Assembly: GCA_015680685.1 (NCBI GenBank)
Contig: MNCI01002996.1
Span: forward strand, 125,542 to 189,541
DNA: 64,000 nt
Source of the DNA: Gnetum montanum
Taxonomy: Eukaryota > Plantae > Gnetophyta
Direction: 5' to 3'
The notes under the pieces are model-generated. The model was not told where the DNA came from. It did no database searches and saw nothing but the letters and a program-made list of their open reading frames with translations. Positions 53,679 through 64,000 of this stretch are shown piece by piece; the first letter of the stretch is position 1, and each line of letters begins with the position of its first letter. The translations under genes were made by a program, and so were the position numbers.

Positions 53679-56525
53679 GCTTTTACCTATTCTTGTGCTC
53701 ATAGAGCTATGCAAGGTTTGAAGGTAAAATTTACCAATGAATTAAATTTATTTACCAAATTCCTTATCTTGAAAACCTTAAAAGATGATAATTAAGTTAT
53801 ATTTTGTAAGCAAAAATTTGCTCAAAGGCATTTTTTTTTCAAAAAAATAAAAAACCTCCAAATGGCTAGAAACTTGTCCATAGGACTAGAAAAGCTCCAC
53901 AAAATAGCCATTTGAGAGAATATAGCTAATGCTAAATATAAATACAAGGAGTTGCAAAATCCAAATACTAAACAAATAGAGAAAAACTCAATTAACTTCA
54001 TTCGGGGGGCCAAGCTTTTGTAAGAGTTAGTCATCACTTGCAACAAATCTTTGTGGGCTACTAGGAAAACTCAAGACCGCGTAGCATGCATTAGTTCCCC
54101 TTGAAGCTCCTTCACCAAGAACGAGTTCTCCATATCATCAAGATGAAACCTACAAAGCAAGTAGAAGTAGAAACTAGATAAAATAGCGGCTCTAGACCAT
54201 ACACAAATCCCCATTTCATGATTAAGTTACTTAGACCACCCACGAATGAGGGTAGCCATGGAGCTCAAAACATTTTATCAAACTCATTTTTTTGTCATGT
54301 TAAAATCCCTTACAAGAAGCCAAACAACATCTAGAAAAATGAGACAAAGCTAATTGTAATACCTCCTAACCTAATTTGGACTAGAAGAGTATTACTGGAT
54401 GGAAAAATGAAAGTAAATAATTGGCAATAAGATACATTGGCACATCATGTGGAAAATCCCTTGGCCACGAGATATTCCTAAGGGGCAAGAAATAATAAAT
54501 AAATCTAATAATGGCAATAGCCTAGGAATATTATTTAACCTTTTATGTAATTAAAAATTTTAAAGTAACAGCGTAAAATTAATGTCGTTGTAATTTGAAA
54601 AAAGTATTCCGGGAGCATGAAGCATGTCTTGTGATCTTTAACAAAAGAAAACGTGGATGTCAACATGCAGAGATGACGAAGACCAGATGCGGTGTAGGAA
54701 AATACCAAACTGACGACCCATCCATCCGTAACCTCCAAACATATCTGAATTTTGGGTGACAACTCAAGTTAATATCAAAATGACATGGGCCAAACAGATC
54801 CGCGTCGTGAAGATAGTTCACCAGGAAATCACTTCGGTAATTGTTGAGTACTTAGGTTCAATAATTCATTCAGTAAATCTATCCATGGCTGCCTAAATCA
54901 GTAAATCTATATATTGCAATCTCCTCATTTCCGTTGCTGCTGTTTCAATAACTCATTCAACGTTTTAGCTTCTGTTATGTTTCTTCTTCTTCTTAATTCT
55001 TGTGGATTTCCCTCTGCGAACCTGGCCTCTCTCTCTCTCTGTGATCATGTTTCTGTTTCTGTTCCTTTCCCAAGCGCAAGCAATGTAGATCTCTGTCGTC
55101 AGTTGTTGTAACATGACAACGTTTTTTCTATTAATAACTTATTTCCACTGCTACCCAAATCGACCCCCACTACGTTTAACGGATTAAGCGAAAATGGCAA
55201 CAGCGTTCCTTGTTATTATTCTATCACTGTAATCAATAATAAATAATATAAAAACTGTTTTTAATCTTAATGAATTTGGTAGAATAATGGTAGAAAACTG
55301 GAATAATAAGTAGATTTTGAAGGTTAATGTCTATTTGATGTTGAATAGCAATTACGAGTACATAAACGAAGATGGTAGCCCCTTCTCGATTAAAGACAGC
55401 CTCCACTTGAGTGTTCTTTTAACGAACCATCCTTCGAAATTGTGGACTGTGCCGCATTCTTGTTAAGAATAATTGAATATTATCATCCAAATTCAACGTC
55501 CATCCGGGCACAGCCAAACTGTAAGGGACAATAATAACTAGGACTTTTACCGCTAGGAACTGGATTCAGGCTTAAAAATTGAAAAAAAACATTTAATTAT
55601 GAAGTATATTATAAAATATTTGTTGAAGACTGGAATATTAAGAATCATGATTCTGACAAAATTTTGAAACATTGGTAGCGAAACTTTTGAAAAAGCTTGA
55701 AGTACGTGTGATTAATAAAACCAAAATATTATGTTTTTATTAAAAAAGAAAAAAATATTAAAATTAACTTTTAAAAGTAAAATTGATTACACTATGCTTT
55801 GAAAAAATATATATATGTTGATTTTGGGCATATCAAAATCGAGACTATACTATCCAGAGCACAAGTACAGAACCAAATACGGCTATGTAACGTTAAATGA
55901 TTAAATGGGATCCTACCCTTGTTGTTGCTGCGCTGCCATTGTTCGCAGCAATTTCCTGAAAAAAAAAAGAAAAGGAAAAAAATACCACGTCCGCCCCTGC
56001 TCCACCACGTCGTCCACGTCGCTACCTCCGCCACGTTGCCCACATCCACAGCCGTTACGTAACCGCTGCCACTGCCGCTGCTGGTTGCTTTGCTGTGCAT
56101 CCTTGTTATCTTAATCTAATCTCAGTCGGTTGAACTCACTATATTAAATAATACGAAAAGTATTTAATTACCTTCAGTTTTGTAACTCTCACATGCTTAT
56201 ATATTTCGAGGGAGGTCTAAATCTACTCGTAAAAAAAACAAATTACACTTCCAGTAATAGCAAAATCTAACCCCATCAATTTCAATAGAAATGATTCTTC
56301 AAACTTAATGAAAATGCTACGGTCTCTCATGTATAGTTTTCTATATTTATGAGTCCTTGTGCCTTTGGTTTCCATCTACCTTAAGTTTATTTAAAAAAAT
56401 TGTTATATTTAAATACCACTTCAAAAATGGGGATGAGGTATTGTTGGTAGATGACAATAATTTAAAAGTTGTATGATACCTCTCATTGAAAGTCCTCCTT
56501 ATGTATCATGTAATTAGTGATTAGA

Positions 56526-56560
56526 CTAATAAGTCATGGTCCCGTGCACACAGCATGGGA
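56526..56560 (-). mobile_element. Possible Helitron 3' terminus
   Basis: Hairpin CCCATGC-N5-GCACGGG, then 11 nt and TTAG|T on minus (canonical CTAG|T). 5' end not identified. Confidence 0.35.
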
Positions 56561-59559
56561 TGTTGGCATCAACAATATATAGTTAGTTTTTTAAGCTTCA
56601 AGAGGCCAAATAAGCGTGGATGAACATAGTATTTGGAAATGCTCCATTTGTTCTCAAAAATCTAAAAGGAATCATTAGGAAATGATAGATTTTGAAAGTT
56701 CAAAACGATGTTAGTTTAAGTCATTGTAAACTATGAGTTACTCTAATGAGCCATCTCAAGTATGTGAAAAAAATTACCAGCAATTAAACCTCAAAGCAAA
56801 AATCATTGCTAAATGTGGAATCATGAATCTATAATGCAATATGTCAACATAAAATTTGCATAGGTTTAATTATGTAATGTTATCATATGTATTTCAATAA
56901 GATAGTTCTAATTTTATGACTAAAATATATGATTACATTATTGTAGTTACTATTATTGTTATTGTTTTTATTAATGTTGTTGTTGTTACTATTGTCCTAT
57001 ATATATATAAGTGAATACAATATGCTTGTTAGAACATTTTGTTAAAGTTTTGTATCTTTTCCTTTTACTACTATTAGAGCTTAGTCATAGATCTTGTGTA
57101 TATTTATGATTAAATGTTGAAATCTAGCTACCCCTTGGAGTTTTTCTTGCTATCAATTATCATGCATTTACAAGTATTTGGCTATGCATATTGTATTCTA
57201 CATTCTGCATATTTTATTCTTATTATTCATATCTAATTATATAATACTTTATTCATGGAGCATTATACCCCTTGTTACTTTTTGTCATTAAACTAGAATT
57301 CTGAGTTTTTTAAATTATAATTAAATAGGGCATAAAATAGCTTTGTTAAGAAAGTATCTTAAGATTATGTCTTACCTAGAATTTGACCTTACCGATGTGT
57401 TCGGGATATTCAAAAATGCTAGTTTTAACCCTTGGTTCACTAGAATTGGAGTTATAGTTGTCAAGATATCACATTTTTAATTTACTAAAAATCCTACAAA
57501 AGTTTCGACATTTAAATTGTATGGCTAGAATAAATGATGCTTATATATGATTTCAGCATATGGTTGGGTAGTCTACTTGATAGTGATTCCATAGGTTCAA
57601 ACAAATTTTGATTTAGAATCCATATGTATCTATTTTTGATTTAGAATTCGGGATACTTAAAAACACATGTTTAAACCTTGAGGGCATTGGTTAAAAGGAA
57701 AAAATTAGAAAATGAATTTATGAAAATGATTATGAAAAAAATAAATTAAAATTTAAGTTAGTTAAGTCCATGTAACACATAAAAAAGCAAAGGTGATTAC
57801 ATAAACTTAAAAGTAACGTAAACGTATAAGTTTTATATATATAACATATATGCATAATATTTCACTATCCTTTTCTCATCACCACCTTACCTCTACATCA
57901 TGTTTTCTATTTGTCTAGAAACAAAAATCATTTTCAGCTCAGTTTCTTCTATTCTAAGCTTGTTTCTTTTGTTTCTATACTCAATAATATGCACATTAAG
58001 AAATCAACCTTAATCACTATTTTTTGTAGAACATATTTAGAGTTTCTTATATCTAGCATGAGGATAGCAATACACCACTAACACTTCCTAAACTTCTAGA
58101 ACCATGACTATGAGTAGCATACCACTAATATTCCTTTCTTTATTTAAGATAGGGCCTAAATATAAGAGTCTTCTTCTATAGTTAAAGGAGAACATTTTGT
58201 ATTCCAAGATTCTCAATAATCAACTAGCTTCTCTCTCTTTATGTGCTAGTTCTATTCAAACATAAATATTTCCATATTCACAATCAATTGCAAAGCATGT
58301 TAATACAACAAACAAGCAATATCAAAACTAATATGATAACCTAGGTGGTAGAGAGCAAACATACATATTCCATTTGCCTTTCATAAGCAAGCCACCAAAG
58401 TTGTCAACCTCTCGCTCAGTTTTTTAACCTCAATTCAACATCATAGCCTAGCATCCTAGTTCTTGGTTCAAGTTTATTTCATGCTTAATTTTTTGATTTT
58501 TATTGGAAGCCTCATGATTAGCAACAAGTATGCCCAATAATTCACCATATGATCGACAAGCATAATGGTAAATCATGTCATAATTCATGGATAATACTAG
58601 TGTTATTATTTAGAAAGTTAGTTGATAATCACACATTGTTGTCTTCTTGCTTGGGCTAATAGTAAGTCCTTTGCTTGTATGGTTTAGTCTAAGCAATGTG
58701 TAAGATTATGATGTTAGATGAAAATTAATGAAACTAATCAAAACTATAGACATTTAATTAAGCTAATTCATGAGAAAGTAAATTCTATTCTAGCCTTGGA
58801 CAATGAGTGTCAATTCCCAACATATCATATATATCATGAACTCAAATACCCACTACTCAAATTATGAAGCACTATGTTACTTGTTAAACAAAGCAATAAT
58901 GCTACTGGGATTACCATGTAAATATGTATTTATGCTAAAAGGTGGTTGCATTTATTCCACCAAGTACTATCATTCATGGAACAATAAACTATTAAGCTAA
59001 ACTATAATGAAGGAAATGCAATAAATTAAATCTATTCTAAGTTAGAGTGCTACAATGGAATTAAATTAATCTTAATCTTTATTGTCACTCATGGAATATG
59101 TTTAGGCACATCTCACTTAAATAAAGATAGTGTACAATTAATTCATAACCACACTGTAGGCACTCATAAATTGCTACTATGAATTAAGAAATAAAATTGC
59201 AAGAGTTTGATTACCTACTGCATTAATGGATGCCATGACATGAATGTGGTAGGCGAATATTATGTATACGCATTTATTATGATAATAACTTTGTATCATC
59301 GGATGCAACATTGTATCTATGATATCACAAATACAATTTTATATTTGACTATAAAACTAATAATCATACTCATACAATTGACTGAAAAGTCATCCTCCAA
59401 ATTGGAACATAATTTATTAAAAAATTTGTGCGAGTAACACTAAAAAACTAGTTGACTAACTGTCATCTAACAAAACATTTTATTTGAGTGGACTTGCAAA
59501 AATAAAAAATCATTGATCATATATCAAAATTCTATAAAATTTTTGTATGAATCTTTAAA

Positions 59560-62243
59560 ATTACTAAAAAAATTTTAAGGTTGTCCTTGGTGACGATGGC
59601 TCCTCTTGCCTTAGCAATTCTTACAGTGGTTTGGTTAGTGCTTCTCTCTTCATGCAAAAGTAGTCCAAAAGCACTTTGAGTTTCTCATCATTTGTGTGTA
59701 AATCCCCTATAGTTCAAGCAAGCTTGGCCAAATTAGAAATCATTGGGATGTCCCACGAACATGATAGTATTGAAAGCATTTTATTAGCCTACATAAACCA
59801 AGTGTCAAAAGTGTTGCACTCAACTTCATGCACCCTTAATCATTCCTTGGTAACCTAGTAGTCAACTATTCTCTTTGCCATGTTCTTGCAAACATCTCAT
59901 TAACTAGTGTATTATACTCTAAGAACCTCCAACTTCGCATTTGTAGTTTGCATTTTCTACTTAACTTGATTTTGAGGTTGGCACTCATATTCTTAAAGAC
60001 TAAATATGGTGGAAACTTGTTTCTCTAGTTCAATCCTAGGCCTTCTTGCTGTATGTATGGAAAGATTAACATAAAGGAGCTTATCTAGCTCCATGTAGTA
60101 AGTCATTTCCTCAATCTGTAGCTTTTTTATTTTGATCTTTGTTTGATTCATTGTATTAATTTCTCAAGGATACTCTTCCATGCAGTTTTAGATTATTGCT
60201 ACAAGGTGATGTTTAGTTGGATCTTGGCCATTCTGATCTCCTTCTCATAGATTATTTTTTAAGTCAACCTGATCTCTATAGTGTTTCTTGAATGCCTCTT
60301 GCCTTTTAGGTTCATTCTTCCAAGCCCTAATCTCAATTATAAATCTTTGTTGAATCACTTGAACTCTCTTCATGGATAGGTTATGGTTCTTCTTAGCTAA
60401 CTTCTTTATCTTCAAACTTCCCCTTACCATTTGTTCATAGAGATGATTCAGGCTTTATTGCATCTTTGTTTCTTTTGCCACCTAAGTCAATCTTTGGCTT
60501 TGAACTATAGGATCTATATTTTCTTCTAGCAACATTGCAATGGTCTTCTTTAATCCATGCATCTTTGCCTTTGTTTTAGATGCATCTCAATTTCTTGCTT
60601 TCTTTCTTTTTTTTTTCCTGTGCTTAGCCACCAATTAATTAAACTCATCTTGATGGAATTGTAGCTACTTTAGGGTGACAAACCACACTAGGTTGTCCAA
60701 CTGGGCATGAAGTTGAGAAACTTCATCTTATAGTTTCTGGATATCAAGCTTGGCCTATTGCAATTGGGTTTCAGATACTTTTCTCTTGATTGTGATAAGC
60801 TCATACTACAAGGCGATGATATCTTTATGTATGTCAAGTAGGATTTCCACTATCTACCTTATCTAAAGCAATCTATTCAATGTGTCTTCATGTTGGGTAG
60901 CAATCATGCTTCCTTTAGCTCTAGTGTCTATCCCTATGAATACTTGGATATTTTTGGTAGCACTAAAAGTAGGAATCAATGTTGTAAAGACATTGAGGGC
61001 TCCACTAATATGATTAGTTAGCAACTTTGTAGCAGCCTCTTAACCTTTGTGTGGCATTATCATGATGATTGCATATTCTATAGACTCTAACATAACCTAG
61101 TATGCAACCAAAAATTTGTAGCCAATCATATTGAGTGATGTTGATCTTAACCTTTTCGATCATAGAATCCATTGCAACAACTATGTCTTTGTCCCTGATG
61201 GTGTTGAATAGGTTTGCAAGATCCTATTTCTATCAACTCATGGTTTTAGATATCTCCTAGAGATGACTCATAGTAGAGTGATATACTTTAGAGCCACTCA
61301 CAAGTGCATGAGTGCTAGTGCTTGGGGCACTAGTTTATGTTGTGTTAGGACTAGTACTTATGGTTCTTGTTGTGGGAATAATGGCTACGATAGTTGAGGT
61401 TGTTATTGCAGTAGAGGTGCTAGTTGATGCTGCTTTGGTATTTGGAAATGCTGTAAGCTTCTCTTTGATCTTCTTGGTAAGGATCGTCTTCATGATTTTG
61501 GATCATGATTTGGTAGGAGCCATCTGAAGAGTGTTATTAGGGTAAGGGGCAATCCCTTCCCTTTTGCATAATTTTTTGATGAGACATGGAAAAAGAAGTA
61601 TCTTCCTATCATGCTCATTATTCTTGAAGTGTTGTTCAATCTCCATGAAAAGGAGATGAGGTAGGTTGGACAGACAATGCCCACTAAGGACCATGCATGC
61701 CTTGGTAGAGCAGGATATGGCTTTGTTCAACCAAACTATTGGAATAATGTGGTAGGTTGCAATCTTGAAATATATCTTCTTTACTAGCGTCAAGAAGTTG
61801 TACTCGTGGTTTACATCATATGCTTTGCAAAACCATTCAATCTTGATCTTCATGTCAAAGTGGATGGAGACTTTAGCAACCTTCATCCTAACATTTGTGA
61901 TTCCCAACATCTTCGCGATTGCATCCATCAAGTAAGAGATAGTGATTTCCTTGACCTTGATGGTGGCATCTACTTTATGATTATTCCATACGCGGTGGGT
62001 CTCACTAAGATACTACTTCCTATTGGTCGACAAGGTTAGCCAAAGAGGAGAGGCTTCCAGTTGTGGAGCAAACTCCAACACCTCATGTGGAGCAAACTCC
62101 AAGTGTGGAGCACAATTTGGCTCTGAAAGGATATTTCTTAAGACTATCTTTTTCTAGATGTTCACTAAGCAACTATTTGTAAGGGTTACCTTAACAATAG
62201 GTTGTAACTATTCTCATGCCTCAAGAATGCACTTGAGCGAAAT
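59560..62243 (-). pseudogene. Degenerate env-like / plant transposon protein ORF with coiled-coil tail
   Basis: DAIAKMLGI..NLPHLLF..LLFPCLIKKLCKREGI (61503-61931), charged helical segments 60200-61300, acceptor TTGCAG at 62244, minus-strand TATA near 62670. Confidence 0.6.
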
Positions 62244-63247
62244 CTGCAAGCACCCATGGTTGACATTAGTTTTCTAATAAATTTTCCTAATGCCCTCAAC
62301 CATTATTGAACCTTAAGTTTGATTAAGAATTTTGAAAAATATAGTATTTAAGGCTTACGATGATTGTGAAGCTAAATCTCCAAGGTCCTACAATAACTAA
62401 AGTATCAAATTATTAATTATTTTTCTTGATTTTATCATTAGTTACATTTTCATTTAAAATTGGGGTGTTAAGAAGGTTTTTAAATGCACATGCTAGGGGT
62501 CCTCATGGTACAAAGTTCAACTCTTAGAGCTCATAGGTTTTTGAATGGGTTGAATTAGAGGCTTGGATTGCAAGAAATCATGCTTAGAAGGCTTTAAGAC
62601 TCTTGGAATGACAAAAACTTCTTTTACGTTGGAAGAAAAATGTGAGAAAGTGAAAGGGGATCACTAGCTATTTATAGAGTTGTCACTATGGCATCATTAT
62701 AGGACTTGTGACATTGCAACCCTTAGAACCCCTATTTTCCACTTGATTTTCTTGAGTTTTTGATGTCCAGTTTTGAGGTTTTAAAGGGTTTTGAGTTTCT
62801 TAGGATATGCTAGGCCATCACATGGATCTTGTTGATGCTCTAAAATATTAGAAATCATGAGATTTACTTGTTCAAGTGCCCAAATAATCGACAATGAAGT
62901 GTTAAAGAGAGAATTATTAAAATTCAAGGAAAATTTAACAAGAAGTTGGCTCAATAATGATGCATAAAATTAGAAAAGTTGCCCGTGATGCTCAAAGGGT
63001 GTAAGAATGATTCTTGATCATGATTCCCTAGAGAAGGCCAAGTCCAAATTTCATAAGTGTAGTATGGGGCATAGATGGAGCTACCTTGTTAGATGACATT
63101 ACAATGTTACCCTACATGGCCCTCCATCAAAATTGATCATCTTGACGAAATGCAAAGTTGAAGCTAGGCATACAAGGATCTTCTTGAACAAAGGAAACCT
63201 TTACTTGCAACAACACATATTAATTGTTATCGTCTCCTATTCCATCA

Positions 63248-63333
63248 TTACCCCTTGCAAGAATTTCAAGGTATGATGGGCTATTTAACTTACCCCTTGC
63301 AAGAATTTCAAGGTATGATGGGCTATTTAACTT
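63248..63333. repeat. 42-bp perfect tandem duplication
   Basis: TTACCCCTTGCAAGAATTTCAAGGTATGATGGGCTATTTAAC x2. Confidence 0.9.
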
Positions 63334-63555
63334 ATAGGAAGCATACATGATGGATTAGTAGTTTGTATCTTATCAATATTCTCAAAAGGATAAGTCTTTC
63401 AAAACTTGTATGATGTAACTTCTTAGACTACTAGCAAAATCCCTGACGATGATGCTAAATGATAAGTAACGAGTACGTCCAACACTCCACCTTACACTTA
63501 CGCTCTACGCTCTATAAGCATCATAGTAGACTATGTTGTAATTCACAAATGGTAT

Positions 63556-64000
63556 TGATGAGACGTGGATTGCACAAGCCGCGATATCGCGGACGCGATA
63601 TCGAGTCATTCCCTGCGATATTGCGTACGCGATATCGCGGTCCGCTGCCAAATCTATAAATAAGAGGCAGCACTCCCCTCATTCCACATCCTAGAAGTAA
63701 AGTAGCGAAGCTCTGGCGGATTGATCACCCTAGAGAGAATATTTTCCATGTGCCTACAGTAGGAGTCCCCCAAGTGAACGGTTCTTTATTCGAGCAGCTT
63801 TGTACCTGAACACAAGTTGTGTACGGCAATAAAGACGAGCTTTGTGGATAAACCTTGCAGTGCATGGATAGGTTTAATTAATGTTATTTATTGCTTTCCT
63901 AGTAACGCGGCATGAGTACGACTTGGTTACGAGCATTGACGAATGTGTACGGCTAGCCAAGGAATCGGCTACTCATCGCGATTAGATTCTCTCACCCTTA
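63556..64000 (+). repeat. Young Athila-like LTR (runs off window), inserted into the 5' LTR of element D
   Basis: TGATGAGACGTG start, intact CGCGATATCGCG palindromes, TATAAATA near 63655. Highly similar to 21134-21630. Confidence 0.9.

Larger units (their letters stand above)
58515..63555 (-). mobile_element. Old non-autonomous Athila-like element D (3' LTR 58515-~59366, extra ORF, truncated leader, PBS, 5' LTR from 63460)
   Basis: LTR ends at 58515 and 63460 align (TGAT.AG.AAC.AGTA.G.CCAA), degenerate PPT right of 59366, degenerate PBS TAGCATCATCGTCAGGGA at 63440-63457. No gag core or pol motifs seen. Confidence 0.65.

Noticed and set aside
54900-55150. miRNA precursor or small protein gene
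   Set aside because: No extended hairpin, recognisable mature miRNA or credible ORF seen.

Overview
Plant (eukaryotic) nuclear DNA from a draft assembly with N gaps at 793-1414 and 39143-39447 plus several single-n joins. The only intact cellular gene is a 14-exon TAF4/TAF4b-type TFIID subunit (+, 40801-52068, ~1264 aa) with RST and C-terminal TAF4 domains and a long Gln-rich N-terminus. Its 4.3-kb intron holds a solo-LTR with a 5-bp TSD. Bases 1-36268 are a nest, at least five levels deep, of degenerate Ty3/gypsy retrotransposons: Athila-like elements (TGATG..CATCA LTRs, tRNA-Asp-type PBS), one Ogre/Tat element with an extra RNase H, and solo-LTRs with TSDs. A tRNA-derived SINE cluster lies at 36.3-38.1 kb, and an old gag/pol-less Athila-like derivative at 58.5-63.6 kb. 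Most unusual: the Ogre element carries a ~6-kb spacer between protease and RT, where Ogre elements have an intron. The spacer contains a spliced antisense gene with its own TATA box, encoding an FCP1/SCP (NIF) phosphatase-like domain, a PMD/DUF1985-like domain and a coiled coil. A ~90-aa domain upstream of Gag is also conserved in three diverged Athila-like copies. All domain calls come from manual motif reading, not database searches.
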